From: an uncultured Nitrososphaerales archaeon
GTDB taxonomy: Archaea; Thermoproteota; Nitrososphaeria; Nitrososphaerales; Nitrososphaeraceae
Assembly (NCBI GenBank): GCA_963695855.1
Contig: CAVOHZ010000010.1
Span: 128,001 to 192,000, forward strand
Length of the DNA: 64,000 nucleotides
Direction: 5' to 3'
Shown: positions 43,828 through 54,113 of the stretch, piece by piece
Position numbering within the stretch: position 1 is the stretch's first letter
How the letters are laid out: each line of letters starts with the position of its first letter
Notes under the pieces: generated by a model
Told to the model about the DNA's origin: nothing
Database searches by the model: none
The model's input: only the letters and a program-made list of their open reading frames with translations
Made by a program: the position numbers and the translations under genes

Positions 43828-44195
43828 GGCCCTGTTAAGTTATGGATAAAGTAATAGATATGTTCTACTTTTTTTATATTATGTTCTGTGCTCAATTTCA
43901 GAAGAATTTTGCCTTGTTGCACAAGTCATTTAGATAATCATTTATCTCTGTCTTGCAATACTAATTGATAATTATGTAATGACTATACTCTGGAACCAAT
44001 TATACAACGATACCTTCAGCATTACCTCCCTTACTATATTTTCAAATCTAATATAATAGTAGTAACATATTCTCCAAACATTCTCTTGATACAAGAGAAG
44101 ATAGTTTCTACAATCCATCTCTAGCGATAGCTAACGTTATCCTTCCATTGTTGTAGAACAGTTTTCTGTGATTGTACAGCCTTGTTTCTGAGATA
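43828..44195. mobile_element. IS6-MITE left end abutting an IS903-like transposase C-terminal remnant
   Basis: 43828-43898 resembles 38322-38388; TIR-like GCCTTGTTGCA at 43911; minus-strand WKDNVSY..RWIVETIFSCIKRMFGEYV. Confidence 0.7.
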
Positions 44196-44403
44196 GCTAA
44201 GTTTAATAAGATTCACAAAATAAGCTCTATGTTTCATATGATTAGATATCTATAATAATTAGTTCATTTACGATCCATATCTTCTTAACTATATATATCA
44301 AATTAAAGTAGTATAACAGAATGCTAATGTATGAATATAATAATTCAATAAAATTTAAAATTCTTATCGAGTAGATCATATTATAATGTATAATTTAATC
44401 TAT

Positions 44404-44925
44404 TTAATTTGGCAAATATCGAGCTGCCACATATACTGGAATATGAATAGTAAATTTATCTAATTCTGAATCATAAATTGTATAAGTAGAGCTTAAATCA
44501 ATATCATCATAATTTAGATTAAATATTTGATTATTTACCTTGACATTCTTTGCTTGCATAATAGGAAAGTCTATTCTTAACTTATTTTTACCATTTTCAT
44601 AAATGTTCTCTAATTCTGTCTTTACTTTTATATCCGTTGCAAATATCTGAAAACCTAGTAAATTATATTCTAAAACAGGAATTAAATATTCTACTGGCTG
44701 ATTCGTATTTAATACCATATTCTTGATAGTATCGTTCGGAAAGATTTGATTGGAATTGATATCTATCATAAATTCCAAATTGCTAGTTGTTAATTTATTT
44801 TTTAAATTGTTGAGTATATTATCAAAAATGTTAGTATCAGTATTGAAGTATTGGGCATGTACGATAGATGTATTATTTGTACCCATTATTAATACAAATA
44901 AAAAAATTAAAATTATAATCTTCAT
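44404..44925 (-). CDS. Secreted hypothetical protein
   Basis: Signal peptide ending VHA; 173 aa. Confidence 0.65.
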   Translation of the reverse strand: MKIIILIFLFVLIMGTNNTSIVHAQYFNTDTNIFDNILNNLKNKLTTSNLEFMIDINSNQIFPNDTIKNMVLNTNQPVEYLIPVLEYNLLGFQIFATDIKVKTELENIYENGKNKLRIDFPIMQAKNVKVNNQIFNLNYDDIDLSSTYTIYDSELDKFTIHIPVYVAARYLPN

Positions 44926-45038
44926 ATATAATTGAGATGATGTTTTAATTTCTTATATATTCTTTTGATTTTTACCAGATGATAATTTTTGTTCAAAAAT
45001 CGAGTATTATAATAATCAATTACCTCGATATCTTCTAA

Positions 45039-45771
45039 GGTTCTTTTAAGTTAAGCAGCAAAAGCTATAGATAGGCATGTTCTCTTTATGGTATGAAAGT
45101 TAGATTTGAAAGAAAACAGAACAGAAGGTCCACTTTTATCACAGTGTATTTTCTTTATATCTATGCTTTCTTTATACTTGATCTAAGTTTAAGAAATATT
45201 TCCAAGGCATTAGTGATGTTTAGAGATGAGAAGAGAAGTTATGCTTCTGTTTGGAACTGGATTCAAAGGTTTTGATCCTCAGATCTATAAAAGAAAAACA
45301 GTGCCTGCTTTTATAATAGACGAATCACTTATTCAATCAGGTAAGCAGTATTTCTGGCTATGGATATATGTATCCAACCAATTCACAGTTCAGTGCTTAG
45401 AATATACATTCAAAGGGAAGAAATATTTGATGATTGCTGAAAAATTTATTGGATCTACTGTATGAAACCATGGAAAACATATTGTATACACAGAGATGGA
45501 GGTACATGACATGATGAAGCTTGTAATGTCTTGAGATTAAAACATTATTTAGATTCTGCGTTAGAGAAAAGTTATATGGAAATACTCAATCGGTAATTTA
45601 AGGACAGAATAGAGAGTTTTGATGACTAGTATCCACTTATGCAAGAGGAATGTAATCTATTACAGGTACATAACGAGATACAATACTTTGTATCCATGTG
45701 TAATGATACAATAACAAATAATAATGATTTTGAGTTAGAGGAAGTAAATATTGCCTTAAATTAACAGAGCT
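45039..45771 (+). mobile_element. Degraded IS6-family element
   Basis: Ends GGTTCTTTTAAGTTAAG ... CCTTAAATTAACAGAGCT; fragments RSYASVWNWIQRF, FIIDESLIQSGKQYFWLW, DGGT, FKDRIESFDD. Confidence 0.8.
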
Positions 45772-46101
45772 TAAAATTTAGATAAGATATTAAAATATAA
45801 GGAATAATAACAATAACTGTGAATGTTCTTTTTTTCATTCAAACTTGTTTTACATATTAGAAACATATTAGCAATATTATTTCCATAAATTAACATAAAC
45901 GTCATACCATTGATACTCTAAATTGGAATTAAATTTTTGATATATTATGAAAGAAATATGTAACATACTAGATTTATATAGAATCGATAAAGCAAGTGTA
46001 TTAAAAATTCGACAATAAGTAAGACTGGTTCAAGAAGATAATAACACTAAAATTATATTTAAAAATAAAAAGGAGGGAAAAATTGAGTCTTCATTTATAG
46101 T

Positions 46102-46722
46102 TTAGTCTTCTTCGCCTACGAATCCACCGAAGGTGTTATCAGCCCAGTTGATGCATATATTTTTGATGTGAATGCTTAATCCACCATCAGATAACGAACC
46201 TAACAACTGTGGTGAAGTTAGTTCTGAAGGTAAATCTAGTTGTTGAGCTGCTGCTGCACCAGGACCTTTCTGTATTTCCTTGGAATTGAATTTATTAATA
46301 TTGAAATTGTTGGCATCACACTTAAAGCCGTCATAATGTGAACTACCATCTCTCTTCTTTTCTTTGTATGGATCATAGGAGTGTTCCTTTTCTTTGTATC
46401 CATCATAGGAGTGTTCCTTTTCTTTGTATGGATCATAGGAGTGTTCCTTTTCTTTGTATCCATCATAGGAGTGTTCCTTTTCTTTGTATGGATCATAGGA
46501 GTGTTCCTTTTCTTTGTATCCATCATAGGAGTGTTCCTTTTCTTTGTATGGATCATAGGAGTGTCTCTTTTCTTTGTAGCCATCATAAGACTTGTATTCT
46601 TTTTCGTATTTTTCAGATTCTGCAAATGCAATAGAGGGAGAAGCTATTGCGATAACTCCTGCCACTAATACAGCTGCCAAAAAGATTGAACTACTTTTGT
46701 GTAATTTGCTGTTGTTGTTCAT
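46102..46722 (-). CDS. Secreted two-Cys Asn-rich family protein with KEKEHSYD(P/G)Y repeats
   Basis: Leader nearly identical to 42768-43241; KCDANNFNIN..NICINWADNTF. Confidence 0.8.
   Translation of the reverse strand: MNNNSKLHKSSSIFLAAVLVAGVIAIASPSIAFAESEKYEKEYKSYDGYKEKRHSYDPYKEKEHSYDGYKEKEHSYDPYKEKEHSYDGYKEKEHSYDPYKEKEHSYDGYKEKEHSYDPYKEKKRDGSSHYDGFKCDANNFNINKFNSKEIQKGPGAAAAQQLDLPSELTSPQLLGSLSDGGLSIHIKNICINWADNTFGGFVGEED
46358..46590. repeat. 30-bp coding repeat with alternating variants (60-bp higher-order unit)
   Basis: TTTCTTTGTATGGATCATAGGAGTGTTCCT alternates with TTTCTTTGTATCCATCATAGGAGTGTTCCT. Confidence 0.9.
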
Positions 46723-47028
46723 TGTTAGATAAGAATGAACATACATATATTTGAAATACGAATGATTAGTAACTACTTTTTGAAGCTATTTTTCTAATTG
46801 TTGATTTTTCATAAATAAATTTGATAAGATAAAAAGAAAAAATTTTATTTGTTGAGGAGTAGTGAGAACAAACAGAAAAAGATTATAAAAGTATATTATA
46901 AAGAAATTAGAGAGATAAAACAACTAGTACATAGATGCTAGAAAAGAGACATATATACATATTATGACTACAAATTCCCATCAACAACAGTAAGAGTAAC
47001 AATAACAAGCATGACTACTATTACTACC

Positions 47029-47211
47029 ACTACCAACACGACCACTACCAACACGACTACTACCAACACGACTACTACCAACACGACTACTACCAACACG
47101 ACTACTACCAACACGACTACTACCAACACGACTACTACCAACACGACTACTACCAACACGACTACTACCAACACGACTACTACCAACACGACTACTACCA
47201 ACACGACTACG
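47029..47211. repeat. 15-bp tandem repeat (ACCAACACGACTACT) x12
   Basis: Read directly; encodes (NTTTT)n on the + strand. Confidence 0.92.
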
Positions 47212-47464
47212 AGACTCCATTCACATTTTGTATATACAACAAAAATGGAGACAGCTATGGAATTAAAAAATAATACAAGAATTTGCAGTTAGATCTGAAT
47301 ATATTATTGTTTTGATAGAAATAAAATCTCCACAATAGTTGCAGGGAATTTGTGATTATAAATTAACAGTAAAAGTGATTAAACAATGGTAATATTGGCA
47401 TGATGGTATTAAATTAAATTATATGTCTGTCCATGACTTAGTCTAGAACTTTTCTGTTATATTG

Positions 47465-48697
47465 CTATTTATTATGTGAAGAGAATATTCTTGCTGCTGT
47501 ACTTATCATGAAATTCAATGAGGTTGATATCTGAGATATTGCGTCCTGTTCATATGCTAAACCAGACAGTCCTTTTCCCTTATTTCTTATTGCTGTAATA
47601 TAATTATCTATTAAAAAATCTTCTACATACTCGCATAAGGTTCCTTTAATAATTACACCATTCATTATTCCCATGCATTTTGTTCCCAAAGATAGTATGC
47701 TACCGTGTTGTTGATATTCAAATTCTACCGTTGATTCATCTCCGCCTTCAATTCTAATAATATTTTTAGCTACATTTCTCGCTTGTCTTACGGCAAATTG
47801 TGCAAGTTGGGGAGACACAAGAATATCATTGAGAGGAAAAGCCGAAATATCTCCCACTGCAAACGCATAATCATATCCTTCAATTTGTGAATATTTGTTT
47901 ACGATAATTCTATCGGATCGTGTCTTTTTTATTTCAGGTATTATCTTTATATCCCGTCCTTTTATTCCAGCTGTCCAAACAGAGACTGCAGAATCTACCT
48001 TTGTGTCATCTTTTAGGATAACGTAAGAGGTGCCTACTTCTTTTATTGGATTGTTAGTTACTATCCTGATTCCTCTTGTTATTAAGAAATTTTTAATTTC
48101 TGAAATGAGTTTGAGATCCCATCCTGGAAGGATATCTTTTTGTGCTTCAATTACTGTGACCTTGAATGAAGATATATATTCATCGGTCAGGGCACCTGCT
48201 AGACTGATTCCAGTTGCGCCTGCCCCACAGATAACAATATTTGATTGCGATGGGATCTCCTCTAATTTTTTACGCAAGGTTATAGCATCATCAAGTGACC
48301 TAAAAGAAAAAGCATTTTCCTGCGCACCTTTGATATTAAAATAAGCATTTGAAGATCCCAGAGCAATTATGATATAATCAAATTTGTATTCCTGCTTTCT
48401 TGAATTTTTTGGATTGTCACTCAGGGTTGTAATTACTTTATTATCAAGATTTATACTTGTTACACATTCATTGATAAAGGATATTTCGTTCTTCAATAAC
48501 TCGTTAATAGAAAAAGATATGTCCTCAGGTTTTTTAACACCCGCAGATACAAGATGTATTTGTTGTAGTAATTGATGATAAGGATTCTTATCAAAGACTG
48601 TGATGTCAAATTTCTTTTCTTCATTTCCACTAGCCAACAAATTGGCGGCTGAAAATAATCCTGCATATCCAGCTCCGGCAACCGCAACTTTTTTCAA
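47465..48697 (-). CDS. NAD(P)/FAD-dependent oxidoreductase (type II NADH dehydrogenase-like)
   Basis: VAGAGYAG, ALGS..F.IKGA, GAGATG, WTAG, FAVGD, PQLAQFAVRQA. Confidence 0.85.
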   Translation of the reverse strand: MKKVAVAGAGYAGLFSAANLLASGNEEKKFDITVFDKNPYHQLLQQIHLVSAGVKKPEDISFSINELLKNEISFINECVTSINLDNKVITTLSDNPKNSRKQEYKFDYIIIALGSSNAYFNIKGAQENAFSFRSLDDAITLRKKLEEIPSQSNIVICGAGATGISLAGALTDEYISSFKVTVIEAQKDILPGWDLKLISEIKNFLITRGIRIVTNNPIKEVGTSYVILKDDTKVDSAVSVWTAGIKGRDIKIIPEIKKTRSDRIIVNKYSQIEGYDYAFAVGDISAFPLNDILVSPQLAQFAVRQARNVAKNIIRIEGGDESTVEFEYQQHGSILSLGTKCMGIMNGVIIKGTLCEYVEDFLIDNYITAIRNKGKGLSGLAYEQDAISQISTSLNFMISTAARIFSSHNK

Positions 48698-49190
48698 TCA
48701 GATCACATAAAATTATGTATTTATTATATTCCTTTTTATAATTTCAGATGAATTATTAGTACTATATATTTTGAAAGAATGAGATCCAATATTACATAAC
48801 ACAGATCCAGGTAAATATGATTATTATTATCTCTATTCTTCTTTTTTTACGAGATAATAGTACCAATAATAGTTATTTGTTATCAAAATATTTCGTAAAA
48901 CTGTAATAAGAATATGAAGATCGACTAAAATAAATTCAGATTTTTAGCAAATTCAAATATATATTATTACGTTAAAAGTTACAAACTATAATAGCTGTTG
49001 TTGTATATCGTTTCTTGTACAACCATGAAATTCAACACTATCACATAAAATGTTTACAACGAAAAATCAACAAAATGAATTTTCTATTACTGTCCATCAA
49101 AACAAACCAGTTGTATATATAATTCAACAAAGATCTGAATTTATTTTAGTCGATCTATGATTTTTTTAAAAGATTGATTTGATTATACCC

Positions 49191-49925
49191 TTAAATATGT
49201 ATAAATTTGAAACTTTTATTATTTGTCTCTTTTAAGAAGCTATAAATGTCAATCAGAATGTTACTAAAATCTTTTATATGTAATTCTGATGAAAAAGTAC
49301 CATCCTTGTTTTTATTTGGACCAACATTTTGAAACGCATTAATATTACGACCTTTCTCGTTCAAGTTATTATTTACAGGATAAAGAATATTGTTTTTTTC
49401 TGAATCACTATTTCTATATAAAACATAATTTGAATATTTAGTCAGGATGGGTATAGTGGAAACTATCCATACATTATTAGTATGTGGTTGTATTCTCTCA
49501 ATATTTTTCAAATCTTCTAAAGATGAAGACGCTTTGTAAAATTTTATTATCACAGAGTTATTTGGTTTGCTTTTCAATATACGTAGATCTGGAATCACTA
49601 TATCGATCTCCTGATTCTTTAATAAGATTTTTCGTTGTGATGGAAATGTCGAAGCAGTGAGTAGAAAATGAAGCAATGCTTCGCATAGAACAATTAGTTG
49701 ACCTTCTTCCTTTTTTTTTGCCTCATTGTTTTTATTTTTATTTTTATGATTAAACTCAAGGTAATCAAAGTTTTTTACTTTGGAATATTTGAATTTGAAT
49801 ATTACAGTTTGCAGTATGTTTAATATGATTTTTTTTGAATTAAAAATCTCTTTGTTTAGCTCTATATGAACTTTCTCTTTTCCGATTTGGTCCAAAGTAT
49901 CATACAGCATTTCCTTGATATCCAT
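49191..49925 (-). CDS. Hypothetical protein
   Basis: 244-aa ORF (EALLHFLLT..PSQRK..IDIVIPD); function not recognised. Confidence 0.7.
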   Translation of the reverse strand: MDIKEMLYDTLDQIGKEKVHIELNKEIFNSKKIILNILQTVIFKFKYSKVKNFDYLEFNHKNKNKNNEAKKKEEGQLIVLCEALLHFLLTASTFPSQRKILLKNQEIDIVIPDLRILKSKPNNSVIIKFYKASSSLEDLKNIERIQPHTNNVWIVSTIPILTKYSNYVLYRNSDSEKNNILYPVNNNLNEKGRNINAFQNVGPNKNKDGTFSSELHIKDFSNILIDIYSFLKETNNKSFKFIHI

Positions 49926-49973
49926 AAAAGGATTTATTGATAAGTTTATTAAATATCTTGATCTAGAAAAAAT

Positions 49974-50393
49974 ATGAAGATAGCGGTAATATTATTATCT
50001 ATATCACTAGCTTTACTCATAGTATACGGCTTAGATACGCTTGTGGCTTCTTTGAAACAACCACCACCAGATGGGTCTCTAGCAACGGGATTTTTACCTA
50101 TGAGTTCGGCAGCTCGCGGAGCAATATTTGGCGCAGGAGCAGTAATTCTTTCTATAATCGGATTTGTAATCAGCAGAAAAGAACCCTCAAAAGAGATCTC
50201 TATCCTGTTGCTTGTCAACGGATTTCTTATCATCTTGGGATTGATAATGGTCGTGGCCACGAATACAGTTACAATTACTGCAGAGTCTATAAGAATAATT
50301 GGACCTACCATGTTGCTGGGGGGATTACTTATGGGACTAGGAGTAGCAAAGATTATTGTCGATAAGAGAAAAATGCAAATATCAAAATCATAA
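49974..50393 (+). CDS. Membrane protein (about 4 TM)
   Basis: Four hydrophobic segments. Confidence 0.75.
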   Translation: MKIAVILLSISLALLIVYGLDTLVASLKQPPPDGSLATGFLPMSSAARGAIFGAGAVILSIIGFVISRKEPSKEISILLLVNGFLIILGLIMVVATNTVTITAESIRIIGPTMLLGGLLMGLGVAKIIVDKRKMQISKS

Positions 50394-50648
50394 ATTTTTT
50401 TTTATAATTTTTTACGTTTAGGAAACAAATTTCATCGTATTATTTTGATATGCCTTTTCTTCCCAAGAACTATCACATGTCTTTTGATGTATTTAATTTG
50501 GTCTCTTAGAGATGAAGGAAATCTCTAGAGATGGTGCAATTTAGATCGTATATAGAAAGAAAATAATTAATTTTTCGACCAATACTATATTTAATTTAAT
50601 TTAATTTAATTGGAATCTTACCAAGAAGACGGATAAAGAGAGATGTTT

Positions 50649-51011
50649 TTAATCGAATACGATAGCATCTAGTGAGATCGCATCAGCCAATAAATCCTGA
50701 TGACGAGACGAAACGATATATCCGTTTTTGATCTCGTTTGGAGATATCCACCTATTTGAGGAGGAATAATGTCTTTCTTTTTTTACCTTGTTTTCGAGTT
50801 CTTCGACATCGAGTTCGATTTCTTCAATTTCCTGAGTATCTAGGTGTTTTGAGATTAACATTATTTTTCTTACAAGAACCCGCCTTCCAAATCTTATTGA
50901 ATGATCCCGTGCATTTTCGTCAATATCGAGTAACCTGATTTTCATTTGATATCTATTGAGAGCATCTCTGCTTGTCAATATTCTTTCGTCGACAAATCTA
51001 TCGTTACTCAA
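50649..51011 (-). CDS. Hypothetical protein
   Basis: Clean 120-aa ORF downstream of thiolase/DUF35. Confidence 0.72.
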   Translation of the reverse strand: MSNDRFVDERILTSRDALNRYQMKIRLLDIDENARDHSIRFGRRVLVRKIMLISKHLDTQEIEEIELDVEELENKVKKERHYSSSNRWISPNEIKNGYIVSSRHQDLLADAISLDAIVFD

Positions 51012-51087
51012 ATCAATATCATGATAACTTTCTTTGATATATTAATTAAACTGTACTACGTGTCATTTCTTCTCTCCTTTTTTAATA

Positions 51088-51595
51088 TTACTTTTTGGCT
51101 GGTTTGAATTCATAGAATATTTTATTACCAGAAAAACCACATTTTTTGATTTTTACATAAATGATTTGCGAATCTTGTGATTTTTTCCCAAATTCTGTCA
51201 TATTCGTCTTTTTAGTCAAATTTTTTCTGTATGGATCGTCGTACTTTTTTATATCAACTGAGCCTAAAAGTTTTACCCCGTTGAATTCAACTAATACAAT
51301 AGTATCTACATAAGTGACATCTTTGTTAGAATTTACTTTTTTCATTTTTTCTATATTCATATATGAATGAAAAATGTCAATCAATTTCCCTTTTTCATTT
51401 TCAAGATTTATTAGTTCTACTTTATTGAAACATTTGTTACAATAGTCAGCAGGGGGCCAGATATTTTTTTTGCAATAGCAACAGAATGGTAATACAAAAT
51501 TTCCTTTTTTTATATTGTCAATAAATTGTTCGTAATTTCCAGAATTTTGATCGATGTAACTTCAGGTCGTTGAAAGTAGTCTTCTCCACTTTCAT
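51088..51595 (-). CDS. Zn-ribbon/OB-fold (DUF35-like) protein; start region apparently frameshifted
   Basis: Frame of ORF 51088-51384 extends upstream through FCCYCKKNIWPPADYCNKC; adjacent to thiolase. Confidence 0.7.
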
Positions 51596-51620
51596 TTTAT
51601 CTCTCTTTTTTTTAATAGCC

Positions 51621-53018
51621 TCATTTTTCTAGGATCAAAACTGACGCAGATGTTCCTGCGGCTGCCAGATTATGAATGAGACCAAATTTAATATCAGACC
51701 TTATTTGCCTGCTAATATTTTTTTGTTTCTTCACTTTTGGGGTATTGGAAGTATAACTATTGTCTCTAAAATCAGATTCATGCATATGGATTCTATTGTT
51801 ATAACTAATGTCAATATCATCATCAATTTGTGCGGATAACTGTTTAAAAATTTCTACAGTCTGTGCTATTCCTGTTGCACCCAGAGCGTGACCACATCCA
51901 ATTATTCCACCGCTTGGATTAACATACATATTCGATTCTTGTTTTTCAACAAACTTGCCTCCCTGACCTTTAGCAGCAAATCCAAGATCTTCATATGCCA
52001 TGATTTCAAGAATAGAAAAGGCATCATGTAATTCAACTACATCAATATGGTTTGGGGTAATTTTTGCCATGTCATAAGCATTTTGTGCCGCAATTTTGGC
52101 AGGACTCGATCTAAAATTCTCTTCAACAGCATTACTAAAGCTAGCAGAAGTAGTTTGTTGTCCTATCCCCCTTATAGATACTGGAATAAGAGTTTTTTTA
52201 GCAACTTTATTCTCTCTAATTTTATTTGAATTTTGGGAACTATTACCGCCAAAAAATGAGTTTCCAGTTCCCTGAAGGTTATCATCAGAAAAAAGTTTTG
52301 ATGTAAAAAGAGGTATTTTTTCATCTGCGACAAGCAATATCGAGGACGCACCTTCACATATCGAACAACATTCTAGTAATCGTAAAGGCTCTACAAGCAT
52401 TCTTGAATTCATCACCTCACTGAGAGTAATATCTTTTCCTCTGTTGAATGCATTGCTATTATATTTTGCTTTTGAATAGTTATTAACTGAAATCATACAA
52501 ATTTGTTCCTCTTTTGTTCCATATTTTTTCATATGCATTCTTTTAAAAATAGCCCCCCAGTATACTGGTAATGCAAATTGTCCTCTGGAGAAATCGCTCT
52601 GTAAAATCCTACCAGGTGAATCGGCCATTTCTGCACCAATAACAAGAGCAGAATCACATAATCCTGAACAGATATATGAAAAGGCTGAGATAATGGCGTT
52701 TGTCCCAGAGTTACAGAGATTATCTAACCTATGCGATATTTTCGGTCTGATTCCAAGAATTTCAGCAATGATGCTAGAAAGGTATTGACTTGGATCGCAA
52801 GATGAAAAGATTACTGCATCTATAAGATTTCTAGGAAATCCGGTATTTTTTAAAAGTTTGATAGTAGGTTCTAGTGCAATCTGAATTATATTTTTATGTG
52901 TATTTGTTGTATTATTATCTACATCATAGTTATATTTCAAATTTTTGTTTTTAATGTATCCCTTGCTAGGTCTCCTGAACTCCGATGTTTCACCAGCCAG
53001 AATTGAAACTTTTCTCAC
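51621..53018 (-). CDS. Thiolase family protein (archaeal/SCP2-type)
   Basis: NLCNSG, ELHDAFS, NPSGG..GHALGATG. Confidence 0.88.
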   Translation of the reverse strand: MRKVSILAGETSEFRRPSKGYIKNKNLKYNYDVDNNTTNTHKNIIQIALEPTIKLLKNTGFPRNLIDAVIFSSCDPSQYLSSIIAEILGIRPKISHRLDNLCNSGTNAIISAFSYICSGLCDSALVIGAEMADSPGRILQSDFSRGQFALPVYWGAIFKRMHMKKYGTKEEQICMISVNNYSKAKYNSNAFNRGKDITLSEVMNSRMLVEPLRLLECCSICEGASSILLVADEKIPLFTSKLFSDDNLQGTGNSFFGGNSSQNSNKIRENKVAKKTLIPVSIRGIGQQTTSASFSNAVEENFRSSPAKIAAQNAYDMAKITPNHIDVVELHDAFSILEIMAYEDLGFAAKGQGGKFVEKQESNMYVNPSGGIIGCGHALGATGIAQTVEIFKQLSAQIDDDIDISYNNRIHMHESDFRDNSYTSNTPKVKKQKNISRQIRSDIKFGLIHNLAAAGTSASVLILEK

Positions 53019-53020
53019 TA

Positions 53021-54097
53021 CTAAAAAGTTGATAACAATTCCATAATTGAACTTTCTGGATCTTTTCCTACCGGATTAATCTGAATTATAGGCAAGGTAA
53101 TTCCAGTATCTACAAACATTTGCAGAGATTTTCTACATTCTTCTTTAGTTCCACATATCGTTAGCGATTCGAGCATCCTATCAGATACAAATTTGTGGAT
53201 ATTTTCAATTCCATTCTTCTTTTTGAATTCCTCTGTAATATTATTAACTTCATATTCATAGCCCGTCTTTAGTAGAAACCTATTATAGTACTTACCCACG
53301 GCCACATAGAAGGCAAGAGTTTTTGCAGCTCTTTCTCTTGCTTTGTCTGGTTCTTTATCAGATACAGCAGTTATGAAAGCACAGCAAATCTCGAAATTTC
53401 TTTTCTGATTTGACTCATCATCTTCTTTATCTTTATTATTTTTTATACCATCTTCTCCCATTTTTTCATCATAATTACCAACATTTTCTTTCCCAGAAAT
53501 GTTATTTAAAATACGGTCTACTCCCTTTTTTAATTCGTTCTTCGGTCTGAGATACAACAATACTCCATCTGAAAGTTCACAAGATAAGTCTATCATACCA
53601 TTATTTACAGCAGCAGTATAAATGGGGATATTTTCTCTTTGAGGTTTAAAGAGTATTTTAAAATCATTTATTCTAAAGTATTTTCCTTCAAATTTTGCTT
53701 TTGAACCCTTCATTATCATTCTGATACATTCAATATATTCTCTCATTTTTTCTAAAGGATTGTCAAATTTAATTCCATGCCAATTTTCTACCAATGCAGG
53801 TGTGCTCACACCAAGTCCTAGAATGGACCTGTTATTAGACAATATATCAAGAGTAGAAATAGCCATTGCCACTGTGGCAGGGGTCCTAGAATGGATGTTA
53901 ACTATTCCAGTACCTAGTTTTACTTTATTTGTGACCTGGGATAGCGCGCCCAACGATACAAAAGCCTCGCGACCCCAAGATTCTGGAACCCATAATGAAT
54001 GCACATTTGTTTTTTCTTCAACTTTCTTTGCAAAACATAATATGGATTTAACAGAGAGAAGTGTTCCAATATTATAACCGATTTTATCAATCAACAT
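53021..54097 (-). CDS. LLM-class flavin (probably F420)-dependent oxidoreductase
   Basis: LWVPESWGRE, KLGTGIVNIHSRTP, LGLG, SDG motifs. Confidence 0.88.
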   Translation of the reverse strand: MLIDKIGYNIGTLLSVKSILCFAKKVEEKTNVHSLWVPESWGREAFVSLGALSQVTNKVKLGTGIVNIHSRTPATVAMAISTLDILSNNRSILGLGVSTPALVENWHGIKFDNPLEKMREYIECIRMIMKGSKAKFEGKYFRINDFKILFKPQRENIPIYTAAVNNGMIDLSCELSDGVLLYLRPKNELKKGVDRILNNISGKENVGNYDEKMGEDGIKNNKDKEDDESNQKRNFEICCAFITAVSDKEPDKARERAAKTLAFYVAVGKYYNRFLLKTGYEYEVNNITEEFKKKNGIENIHKFVSDRMLESLTICGTKEECRKSLQMFVDTGITLPIIQINPVGKDPESSIMELLSTF

Positions 54098-54113
54098 AAA
54101 TAGATAAATTATC

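Noticed and set aside
46236-46668. Alternative-frame repeat ORFs (46236-46631, 46338-46634, 46381-46668)
   Set aside because: By-products of the 30-bp repeat in the gene at 46102-46722.
46968-47220. (VVVVL)n and (SSRVG)n minus-strand ORFs
   Set aside because: Stop-free frames of a 15-bp repeat; no independent support.
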